Below, piece by piece: positions 12,602 through 24,047 of a stretch of DNA of 64,000 bases (the stretch's first letter is position 1; each line of letters starts with the position of its first letter). The stretch comes from Epiperipatus broadwayi (taxonomy: Eukaryota > Animalia > Onychophora), in the NCBI GenBank assembly GCA_028023455.1, contig JAQFVV010000010.1:14012001-14076000 (forward strand). The letters are read 5' to 3'. The notes below the pieces were generated by a model. That model was given only the letters and a program-made list of their open reading frames with translations, was not told where the DNA came from and did not search any database. The position numbers were made by a program, and so were the translations under genes.

Positions 12602-12678
12602 CGTCTTGGATCTGAGAGCACTGTACCTAGATCTTAGAGATCCTAAGATCTAGGTGCACTGCTGTCAGATCCAAGGCT

Positions 12679-12718
12679 CCTCACTGACGAAGGCCACAAG
12701 TCAGAAACTAGTCTGGGG
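12679..12718 (+). ncRNA. Hammerhead ribozyme (B1 right arm)
   Basis: CCUCA CUGACGA AGGC CACAA GUCA GAAA CUAGUC UGGGG; stem III ACUAGU is palindromic, GUC site. Confidence 0.87.
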
Positions 12719-13494
12719 ATATTGGATGAGTAGTCACTAGATAGGGATTTTATGCACAAGCCTTCTGGCATCCATTGATTACTCTAGCTTGCAGTGTGAG
12801 TTTTGCCTGTTTTAATAACAGTTATAAGCAAGCATAAGAAGTGGTGGTCATATGATGTTTTTTGGCTTAGACCCAAGATTTTATGCTTGTTATGCATTTA
12901 ATGGTAACTATGGATCATACTTATACCAGTCTTGGTTTCAAAAACATAATTGTCAGTTTATATTGATTCAAAAGAAAATTAAAATGTTTGGCAATTTAAT
13001 AAATTTAGAAAAACCTTTGTAAATGAACAAAAAAAAATTTATATTAAAGAAATATTGTTTTTCATATCTCATATCAGCTTTTATACAATTTTTCAAATAA
13101 ATATTTAATTTTTGTTTTTTAATAGTGCAATGAACATTTTTACAAGCATTTTTATTTATTTATTAATCATTGTAAATATTCTCTCATGAAAGTATTTATG
13201 AATTTTTTGCAATAAATATGAATTATTCTCTAGTAATAAATGTATTTCTTTTACTAGAGAGAAAACCACAAGCAGTTTGGCTTCATTGAAATGTTTAAAA
13301 ACATGATGATGAAAAGCAACATTTTTCATGAGCATAACTAGAAATAAATTATTATTTTTGAATTAATTATCTTTTGTAATATCTTCAGGAGCAAATCAAT
13401 CTCCACATGTGCTCCGTTTTAACAAATTGACATACATTCACCCACAAGCAAAGATTTAAAAAGGACCAGTGAATCCTTCCTCCTTTTAAATCTC

Positions 13495-13843
13495 GTGGCT
13501 TTCGTCAGTGAGGAGCCTTGGATCTGAAAGCACTACACCTAGATCTTAGGATCTAATGCAAGTAGTTAAGTAGAGATAAAAGGTGACTGATGGAGGATTG
13601 CATTAGATCCTAAGATCCAGGAGCAGTCCTCTCAGATCCAAGGCTCCTCCCTGACGAAGGCCACAAGCCAGAAACTAGTCTGAGGATATTGGATGAATAG
13701 ACACTAGATGAGGATTTTATGCACAAGCCTTTTGGCATCCATTGATTACTCTGGTTTGCACTGAATGGCGATACATATAGAGAGTTTTGACTGTTTTAAT
13801 AACAGTTATGAGCAAGCATAAAGAAATGGTGATCATGTGTTGT
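13495..13843. mobile_element. Family B hammerhead element with short inverted 5' piece
   Basis: 13495-13560 is inverted relative to 13599-13664; the plus unit runs 13562-13843; the left arm holds only half a hammerhead. Confidence 0.87.
13646..13685 (+). ncRNA. Hammerhead ribozyme (B2)
   Basis: CCUCC CUGACGA AGGC CACAA GCCA GAAA CUAGUC UGAGG. Confidence 0.87.
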
Positions 13844-14904
13844 ACATGAAGAAAATTATGCGTTTATATTGTAATGCCAGAACAAACAAATGTGTAAATA
13901 AAGATTGAATTAAACATATTTACAATTTTCTAAAAACAAAAACAATTAATTTTTGAAAGTGAATATAACTTTTTCATGATCGAGATATTATCTAATATTC
14001 ACTTTAAAAATTGTTTTCGTTTTTAGAAGATTGTAAATGTGTTTAACTTGGTCTTTATTTACACATTTGTTTGTGCCGACATTGTTCATCACTGTCCGAA
14101 TAAGTACATACCATAAAAAAAATGTCTTTATTAGATTCTCTTCTTTGTTTATTAATTAGGTGAAAGTCCAGAAAACTCATGATAAAGAATTAATAATTGT
14201 TTATAATTTAAACTTTGGAAATCTCAAAAGTCTTAATAGATTATCAGTTACATCGAATTAGTTCTTCACTTGTGGGACCAAATAAACAGCCCTGTGTAGT
14301 TTAGTGCAGTGGTAAAATAATGGGGTAAGACATTGTTTGTAATTGATAATTCATGCATTTATTATTATTTTTGTAATGACAATAGACTGATATTTATCAA
14401 ACACTTATGAGCTTTATTGCATTCCAGTTTATTTTCATTTAGCAGCAAACATGGGATATGCATTTAAGCTGAGAGACAAATCCTGGAAATGCATAAAATC
14501 TTAAATTCACAATTTCATCATATTTTCTTAGATATTTGCCTAGTTACCCATGATCCTTTGCATTAACAGTCTGCTCTCTAAAAGCTTGTTATAAAAACAA
14601 ATAGCACCCAGCATAGATATCAGGTTGTCTTATCTTTTGAATAACTTTGAATGGTGGATATTTTAGTTTATAATTTTATTGAAAATAATTATATATAAAG
14701 AAAGCCAACAAACAATTAAAAAATTGCTGTCTACATGATTGTGGTTATGATGTCTATATTTATTATTTCATCTTTATAAATATTGCTTAAAAAAATTAAT
14801 ATTATGTGCTATTTACAAAGCGGTACATCATTTATTTGCTCAGTGTGAACGAATATACTATTATTATTCTCCTTTACTTTCTTTGCATTTCTTCATATAG
14901 TAAG

Positions 14905-14946
14905 AATGCTCTGATGAAGACTGCTGAACAGTCGAAACTGTCAGGA
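14905..14946 (+). ncRNA. Solitary Penelope-type minimal hammerhead ribozyme
   Basis: CUGAUGA A GACUG CUGAA CAGUC GAAA CUGUC AG; 5-bp stem II, followed closely by AATAAA; stem I is weak. Confidence 0.72.
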
Positions 14947-17578
14947 AAATAAAGAAGTTTTATTAAAAAAAATTTCTGCATTGAGATGTATACGAGAGGA
15001 GTTATTATAAGCAATATATATGTGAAAGAATATGTTTATTTGTATTCTTATTGAAGTATAATTTTAACTTAATATAATCTGAGGCTTTGTAAAAAGTTAA
15101 AAGTGTAGAACAAGTGCATTTCTGTTTGTTAATAAAACATTTGTTTCATCAAGAATAACCACGAATGCAGTAGCAATTTTATGAAATAAGTATATCTATT
15201 CATTGATCTTTTCTTATAATAGATATATTTTCTGGTGAAGTAATGAATTTATTAAATACATTTTTAAGTTTAAATTTGACCCTTCCCATTTTTTGACATC
15301 CTTAGTCAATTTTTAAAAAAACTGTCTGTAAACTTCTGCTAGATTACTTGTTTTTATACTAGATTCACAGTCAGCTATGGGGAAGTTATTTTCAATTTTT
15401 GTCCTAATTCTCTAGAATAATTGTTTTGGAGTCTTTTTCTGACTATTGAAATTCTATTTTAATCCTCAAATGTTATTTATTTTTATTAGATCTTTCTTTT
15501 AACAAATTGAGTTAGTTTTGCTCTCACATGATGATATAATAAAATTGAAAATGGTATAGTTTAATTTTTTATGCATATTGCATTTTGAAATGTTTTTTCT
15601 AATTTAACTTTCAAATATTATGTTGAATATCATTCATAGACATTCAAAATATTTTATGTGTTCAGAAAATTTATTTACCAAGTCTTTATGTTGGCCATGA
15701 ATATGAGGGAAAACCTCGAAAGCGCTCTTCCCATTTAATTGTTTTGGTTTTTGCAGCTTCTTCGTCAGCGGGTAAATCACTTTTATATGCTAAGTCTTTA
15801 TTAAGAAAATAATTGATTTTTGTATTTTAATAGTAGTTTTTTTCAAGTTTTATTTTTATTGATGTATGCCTACACATGGAAAGTTAATAGTATAACAATC
15901 CCTGATGAAAGAGATTATGTTGTAGACTCCATTGTTACAAGATTCTTTATGGTTATTATCCTGATTTGGCATACATATAGAGACATTTAAATCACCCCAC
16001 ATGGTTAAGAAATCCAGTACCACCCTCTGTGAACTAATATATAAGTATGTTAGAGTTCGTATTTCAAAATAGCCAGACATATATTTAAATGCTTGTTCTT
16101 TGATTAAAGTCTTAGGAGAGTGGTAGATTTCTATAATTACAAGTCATAAATTAATTATTGTTTGTAATAAGTATTATTGTTACATTGTGAGAACCACATT
16201 GCATAGTAAATATCTTTTGGTTTCGAGCTTAATTCTTGCATATTGAAATAAATTTTTTTTTTTAAAAAAATACTTAAATTATACCAAAAAAAAAAAAAAA
16301 AAAGATGTAGCAAAAATTTAAAGTTGCAATTAAGTCAATATTATACTACAAAATAGTATCAAGTCATGATTGTACTTTTTTGATTGAGAAGAATCTAAGA
16401 AACATATTAGCATTTGGGTTTTGGCAATGAAGAGTTCTGATAATCAGTCAATTGGCTCTTAGTGAAATAGAAGAAATAGCCTTTCTTTTTTAGAAGGTCA
16501 TTATGTTGGTTGAAGTGCTATTTGTTTCCATTTTTGAAATAGCTTTATTTGAATGTGGTACATCTCTTCTTATAAGTCGATGTAGAAACTGTAAATAAGT
16601 AGGATTTGAATTTATCAAGGAAATAGAGGATTAAAAGAATATCTGAAAGGTGAGATGAACTACAATTTAGTTTTACATTTAAGTGTTTAATTCGGCTATG
16701 GAATATGAAGTTAAAAGACCTCGAAAGCACTAAGCTTGATATTTAATTTTGATATTTCTAATTTCACCAACAAGCATTTGAAGCGTGGTGTAATTACTAA
16801 TACTAGAGATAGCAATATTTTAGTTTCTTGTCGTTAACATAAATCTAATATTCTCAACTATATATATGTTGTTTATAATTTTTTTTGTAGAATAATTTTT
16901 TTTTTAGCAACACTTGATTGCATAATTGATTAAGCTTCTAATATCGTATATGGCAAAATTATTTTGCTGTAGTAAAGCTGCAAACTATGCTGTATATAAA
17001 TGACTTTAATTATACACAAGTTGAAAGAAAAAAAATAAAAGCAAACAAAAAAAAACACGTTAAAATTTCTAAATTTAGTCTATTTTATGATATGCATCAT
17101 TTTATATCTCCGAATACCATATACAATCACATTAAAAAAAAAAAAAATTAAATATATCAGTAGCCATTTTTCTATCTTGGAGGAATAACATTTTTTCAGC
17201 TTACGTTGAAAGCACATATATTTTATTATCCTATCTGAATTTGATGTGCAGTATTTTATATTTTCTAAACATATTGTTAAAAGTTTTAAAAAATTTAGGA
17301 ATATAAATTGAAACTAACATTAGTTTTTTGATAACAAGACTACTATTATATTCCTATAAGAGAAAAAAATTTATTGGAAAAAAAGTAAATATATATATCA
17401 CCCAGAGCATATTTTATTGGATAAAAATCAGATATTTTGTGTTTATTGCATATAAAAAATAAATATACAGTACTGTAAATTTTTTTTCTCCAGAGAATGA
17501 AGGTATTAATATGCAGTAAAATACATGTAAATGTATCCCCCGATTTATTAGTAATATTTAACAATTTTTTAAAATTTT

Positions 17579-18102
17579 TATCTTAATTTATATATGTATA
17601 TTATACATAAAAATATTTGTGTTATATGGGTATGTTGAACATTACAATAAACAGTATATATTTTGGTTATCTTAATTTATATATGCATATTATACATAAA
17701 AATGTTTGTGTTATATGTGTGTGTTGAACATTACAATAAACAGTACATATTTTGTTTATCTTAATTTATATATGCATATTATACATAAAAATGTTTGTTA
17801 TATATATGTGTGTGTGTTAGACATTACAATAAACTACATATTTTGTTTATCTTAATTTATATATGCATATACATAAAAATGTTTGTTATATATGTGTGTG
17901 TTGAAGATTACAATAAACAATACATATTTTGTTTATCTTCATTTATATATGCATATTGTACATAAAAAATGTTTGTGTTATATATATAAATATGTTGAAT
18001 ATTATAATAAACAGTATATATTTTATCTTAATTTATATATGCATATTATACACAAAAATGTTTGTGTTATATATATATGTGTTGAATATAACAATAAACA
18101 GT
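17579..18102. repeat. About 89-bp tandem repeat, 6 diverged copies
   Basis: atcttaatttatatatgcatattatacataaaaatgtttgtgttat...gttgaacattacaataaacag recurs near 17580, 17669, 17757, 17848, 17936 and 18025. Confidence 0.93.
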
Positions 18103-18726
18103 CAATGTTTATCAACTAAAGATTGTGGTTTCACAGTATTTGAAAATTTTTTTATTCAGATAAACATAATTTTTTTTATAAAAATAGATGGATCACAAAT
18201 ATAAATCATTGATAATAGTTCAAGCTTGTCAACACAAACTTTTATTCATAGAGTAACAAACTTTTATTCATAGAGTTTTGCCTTGACAATAGAATGAAGA
18301 TTCCTATTAAGTTGGGCTATTATCATATGATTGTTTTTTTTTATGTTAAATAAGGTATTTTGAAACATACACACAAAAAAAGTTTCATGTTTTGCTTTAC
18401 AGATAAATTGTTTAGGAAAAGTAAAAACTTCAAGTTGCAACATTTTAATTAATGTCTTTATAGATTTTTTTTTCTTAATCATTTTTTTTAAAAAAAAAAA
18501 GATTAAACTCATTGTCATTTGATGTTACAAATGTTATTTATATATATATGCATATTAAGCTCTTTTTATAAAATAAACTAAGATATTTTGGGGAAAAAAA
18601 TTGACTTCTACATTAGCAGAAAATTTTATATAAAAATATTTATTTACACTTGCTTAGCCATTAGCTACAGATTAAGTAATGAAATAACATTAATGAGCAT
18701 ATTTTAATATATGCATTTTTTCTATA

Positions 18727-18915
18727 GTACAGGCTTTTTCATACCTGCACTCCAATATGTAATATATAGAGGTTTGAACTCAGACTTTCACATGACTCTC
18801 AACTATCCACACTATCTCCTACTGCCGACACACTTGTTCACACACATGTCAAAAAGCTGAATAATCACCAATAAATGTATTTCATGCTAAACCAGCACTT
18901 GTCAGTAGGTCCATA
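18727..18915 (-). mobile_element. Family C hammerhead element, 5'-truncated single copy
   Basis: Collinear with 9100-9285 and 9575-9755. Confidence 0.82.
18868..18909 (-). ncRNA. Hammerhead ribozyme (family C, core CUGACAA)
   Basis: Sense CCUA CUGACAA GUGCU GGUUU AGCAU GAAA UACAUUUA UUGG. Confidence 0.68.
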
Positions 18916-19768
18916 ATAAGTAAGAGTATCTAATTTTTGAGAGAAAAGATTCTGGCTTGAGTGCCATTTGAGGAAGGTTTATGTGTGGGGAATCTAGCCT
19001 GTAGAGCAGATAGCTTTTTCCTGTCACTGTAATGCGCACAAAGATGATTCAATCTTCTGAGCGGTTGATTATATGATAAATAAGTAAATAATTGTAAATA
19101 TCTATACTTAAGAGTCCTCATGATATAGTGTTAATATATTCACTTAACATGCTTACGACTTGTATTGAAATCCAGCTCAGTTAATACTTTTTAATCAGTT
19201 AACTACCTCATTGCTAACTCAACTAATCATCCAATATTAGGTTGGTCAATGGGTATCTAGCTATTTTTGGCAAGAGTAAAATGATAATGGGAGGTTATTT
19301 AAAGGTATTTTAATTTCTATATGTCTATATATGTGTACATCATTTACAGCTTATACATGTATAACATCTTCCTAATCAGTAATGAAAGTTATGGCTTTTT
19401 TTATATATATATTGAGAATGAGAACCTATTGGCAATTATCTGATTAAAGTTATGGAGAACCTTGTATTTTCCAGTTAAAAATAACTATATACCCATTTAT
19501 TAGTAAATACATTGGATAGCTAGATTGACACACATTCTTTTGTATATTTTATTGAAGCAAATACACTATATTTAGACAATTGAGAAAGGGGATATTAATA
19601 AATCGGAATAATGATTTGTTAATAGTTTTTAAAAATAGATAATCAGGTGCTAAGTTGAATAATATAAAGATACTTGAAAGGCACAGATATTTATCGATTA
19701 GGGAGGCTTTTTGTTATAAACTGTAATTATACTGACACAGAACTTATTAAAGTTTAAAATATAAAATT

Positions 19769-19867
19769 GAGACGTTAAAATAAATTATATTAATAATTAT
19801 GGCAAGTAATGGCAATATATGAGACGTTAAAATAAATTATATTAATAATTATGGCAAGTAATGGCAA
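19769..19867. repeat. Exact tandem duplication, period 52 bp
   Basis: gagacgttaaaataaattatattaataattatggcaagtaatggcaa starts at 19769 and 19821. Confidence 0.95.
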
Positions 19868-21983
19868 ATATGGCTACCAATGTTCAAGTAGCATTATCTG
19901 GCTGTATTATTAAATCATTCATTCTTTGTCAGAAAACCCAGCTTATATTTCATCAAATTTTAAGTGTACTGCACAAATGGGGATTTTAGGATAATTTTTT
20001 TTTTTAAAAAAAAGTGTCCGAGTCACTCATTTTATTTTTTTAATTTCTTGAATTTTATTTACTTTTTAAAAAGTGCAAAGGCCATGAGATTAAGTTAATT
20101 AAATGAATTTCAATTGGTTTGGAATGTTTATTTTTAAAGAATAAACTGCTTTTGGAAATGCGAAAAAATGTTTTTCACATTATTTGTAATCTGTGTCATA
20201 AAGTGTTATCTGTTAGGTCTAATTGTGCTTCATAAGTATCTGGCAGCTACATTTCTCCGTTTGATCCTTAAGGATAAAAGAGGATTTATGGGTTTCATCA
20301 TTTTTTTTAGGCAATTGCTAGTCTTGGAGAGTTCAGGAAATAACTAGAAAAATTGCTAGGACTAGAAATGCAAATATGTTGATTTATGAAGCCTTGATTT
20401 GTGTTAAATGTGTGTCTGCCTGATTAGTTTTATTTTTAAGATATTGGGGTTTTAAATTGTATTAATGCTGTACAAATCAGTATTAATTAAAAACATATTT
20501 GAAATTGATTACTAGTATAATTAATTTTAAATATGTTTTTAATGTTTGCTTAGTAAAAAGCCTAATTAAATTTTATTTTATCAAAACAATATTTTGATGA
20601 CAATTTTTAATACAGTATTTTATATGCAAGACTTTAATTAGAAGCATATGCTCATCTATAAAAGGCAAAATAATGTCTTAAATATATTTCTGCTGTATAA
20701 ATGCCACTTCAGATCCCTCTATAGATGAGTGAGGAGTGAAAAAGCTATTTCTCATTAGGTTGGTGACTACCAGTTTGTTTTTATTATTTTGGAGGGAATA
20801 GTCGGATATTCATTTATTGAAAAATATTGGATGGCCAGATGGTCTAGTATGGATAGGTTCTCTGCAAGAATATGGAACCAGAAAAAAGTTTTCACAGTTT
20901 TGCCAGGCCATTAGGAAAGTTTAACAGTTATAATAAAAACAATTTTATCTATTCATCAATAGATTGGGTAACTGATATGCTTTTGCATATTAATTTGAAT
21001 TGGAAATCTTGAGGAATGTATTTCCAAAGAGTAATATGCTATTGTACATTTTTTAATATAAAAAGAAAGAAATGTTTGTTTGCATATGTTGTATCAAATT
21101 TGGATAATTGGATATGATGATGAGTTTAAAATATATATATAGGAGTGACCATGTTAACAGATACAGGATATCTGCATTGCTGGTTTTGAAGGAGTATTGA
21201 AGTGGTAGAGCAAGTTTATCAGTGTTTTTTCTTAATGTTTTATTTTTTTATAGGGTTTGTATTTTATTTATTGACCTTTCCTTGTGTATAGATATATTTT
21301 TAAAGAGTATTCTATAATATATAGACATCGTATCATTTTTGAGGGAAATTAATTACTTCATAAGGAAACTATGGAATATCTTCAAGAATTACCTGATTTA
21401 ATACTATTTTATTTGTATCTTTAGAGTATTCTAAAGATTATTTTGTATAACTCAAACCACAGTTGCCTTATGATTTTATATGCCGTTATTGCCGCCCTTA
21501 GTCATTATTCAATATGTATACCAATCCAGAAATAAAATTTCCTGTTATTTAATATTTTGGTTTTGAATGCTTATTACTTCATATGTAAAGAGACAATGTT
21601 GTGTTTGTAAAATTATTTTAATGTAAATTTATTTATTATAAGATAATGAAGATAAAAATGTTATTTATAATGAGAAAGTTATTTATGTATTTCTGTAAAT
21701 ATAAACACATATTGTATTAAAAGAACTAAACATTTAGGTTATTAATCTTTTATTGATTCATATGTATTTTAATAAGAATGTACCACTTTAAAATAGTAGA
21801 GGAACTTTTAATTTTCTTTTATGCAATGTCTTAGAAGAAAATATATTTTATTTGTCTTGCAAATTACTCCTTGACTAGGAATTAAAGACATACATTTAAT
21901 CAGAACAATGACTTTATTTGAATTTTGTTATTTATAAAATAATTGCTATATTTTACTTATTACATAAAAATAATCATCACTTA

Positions 21984-22528
21984 AAACTAAATCTCAATGC
22001 CCTTCCAACAAGCCACTTTCTTGGGATGTATAGAAGTTTTTCATCTTTGGATCCTGTTTGCTCACTCTGCCATAGAGAGGATGATACCATATTTCACATT
22101 TTCAATGATTGTTCCTCTCTTCAGGGCTGTAGAATATTGATTAATCTAATTTATACACCAAAACATCCAATTATCAACACACTCATAGAAGGTATTGCCT
22201 ATGGGGATTTTGCAATTATAAGAAGTGCAACTTTCATCACTTTCTGTCTATGGTTTGTCAGATGCTTCCTAATCTTCAAGTCAGTTATGCATGATCCAAA
22301 ATTAATTTTTTTTACAAAAATTAAAAGATATCAAAGAAAGAGATTTGAAGTTAGCCCTTCACTTTATAGTAAATTCCACATGGAATCTTATTAATATTGG
22401 ACATTAAGTAATTTAATCGTTTATAAATGTATTGCCAAATTTAATAAGTTATTTTATAATTTTTTCTTTTATTGTAAACATAGTTGAATAAAACCTGTTT
22501 TTGATAAAAAAAAATAATAATAATAATA
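21984..22528 (+). mobile_element. 5'-truncated L1/Tx1-clade LINE (zf-RVT C-terminus, 3' UTR, A/TAA tail)
   Basis: ORF contains CSLCHREDDTIFHIFNDC (CCHC zinc knuckle) and a downstream LWFVR motif; AATAAA near 22487; A-run plus (TAA)n; candidate TSD ATCACTTA at 21976-21983 and 22529-22536. Confidence 0.85.
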
Positions 22529-23693
22529 ATCACTTATAGTTTACTACAATCGAAAATAACTATTAGGTCATAAAATCTTCCATCAGAACATTAAAGTGTA
22601 GCAAATGTTAATGGTAAATCATTTTTATTTGACAACAAACCTAGCAAAAAAGATCTTTTGTTGGCTAACAAATAACAATTGAACATTAGCATTTGTGCTG
22701 TTTATCATACTGTTCTTATGAAATATTTTATCAGATGATTTAAGAGTTATTTCATATACTGTTTGGAATTTACATATTAAGCATTTATTTAAATAGAGTA
22801 TTTAGTTATTATTAGCTAGTTTGAAAATGTTATTGTTGATTGATCAGATGTATATTGATATGTTATCTGTTAAAAAAAACCCACTGAAATATAATACAAA
22901 TTTTCAGTATTAGTGGAGGGTTTTTAAAAATCATTTGTTGCAATTTCAGGGAATTTATCTGCATTTTTGTTATTACTGCTGTAATGATAATGAAATAAAA
23001 ACTTTGTTAGGCAGAGGATGTAAAACTGAAAATGATATTATTGCTTGGCAGAAATTGTCCTGATCACGAGTTATGCAAAGCAATATTTTAATTACATGAA
23101 GGGAATATAGAATCTGATTCCATTATGTTTACTGATGTCAATCAAATATGGTATTGAGTGATAAATCACTTGGTATCTTATGGATGTGTATGATCAGTTA
23201 TCATTTATCTCATTTAATAATCCTATAACATTGCAGGGCAATCAAGGTAACACCTATAAAGTTCTCAATGTAATTGAAGAATCTCTTGAAAGTACGAGTT
23301 ATTGCTGCATATAATCACATACTATCATAATGGAGAAGAGCTATAGAACTAGCAGCAGCCTGTAAACTTTTAGTCTTGTACTCACATTAGTTCATTAATG
23401 ATGAGAAAAAAAACTAAGAGATTAAAGAATTGGGAGATTTGCAATGATTGTGTGATCCATTCTTGAAGTCAACTACATTTACATATATCACATGCTCTAA
23501 TCCTTTGGTTTCTTTATTTGGCATTAGCATGGCTATCTTTTAACTTCTGGAAGGTTTTTTTTTTAGATGGATTTTAACACTTAGCTTAGCCTCTACTGTT
23601 TTCTATCCTTTGATATATTCTGTTAATAAGTAGCATATCTTTGAAAGGATAACACTCTTTCCTATGAAAATCCATTTTAAGAAGAAATAAAAA

Positions 23694-24047
23694 AATAATC
23701 ACAAATCATGTGATCCCCCCACTTTTTTAAGCTTGTAAAATATAAACAAAGAGCTTTTCATAGTTTGGCTGAAGATGTCTCAGCCCCATATAGGTATTTG
23801 AGTAAGATAGCTGGTTGTTCTGAAAATTTCAGACTTTCTACTCTATGGTTAATTCTTAAGATAAATGCTGGCTTTGGGTTGGTATTTTTAGATCTAGTGT
23901 CTGAAACTATCCTAGCGCCTCACCGAGGAGTGCCAAAGCATGAAACTATTGGTCTGGAGTTTGGGTGTGGTTTCTGATATTTTAAATGCTTTCTCTTAAG
24001 CATTTATCACAAAGCTTGTTGAGTAATTAGTAAAACTCTTTGTTTAT
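23694..24047. mobile_element. Family A hammerhead element, inverted composite
   Basis: Minus piece about 23694-23752 carries the family 3' end; plus piece about 23755-24047 is collinear with A1 and A2; ataaacaaagag and ctctttgtttat overlap in inverted orientation. Confidence 0.82.
23918..23959 (+). ncRNA. Hammerhead ribozyme (A3, core CCGAGGA)
   Basis: CCUCA CCGAGGA GUGC CAAA GCAU GAAA CUAUUG GUC UGGAG. Confidence 0.68.

Larger units (their letters stand above)
12457..12871. mobile_element. Family B hammerhead element, head-to-head palindrome
   Basis: Arms inverted around GATC at 12639-12642; one hammerhead per arm; 12-bp TSD CCCAAGATTTTA at 12445-12456 and 12872-12883. Confidence 0.92.

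Noticed and set aside
15762-15768. Minus-strand CTGACGA
   Set aside because: No stem II or GAAA downstream.
15856-16080. ORF with GVYNII resembling a GIY motif
   Set aside because: No YIG/YVG-T-R motif at the right spacing; composition is otherwise random.
17883-18204. Two ORFs of 78 and 91 aa
   Set aside because: Read through the 89-bp tandem repeat; low-complexity products.
21918-21983. N-terminal part of the 158-aa ORF
   Set aside because: Starts at TTG in AT-rich flank upstream of the LINE boundary; not a real gene start.
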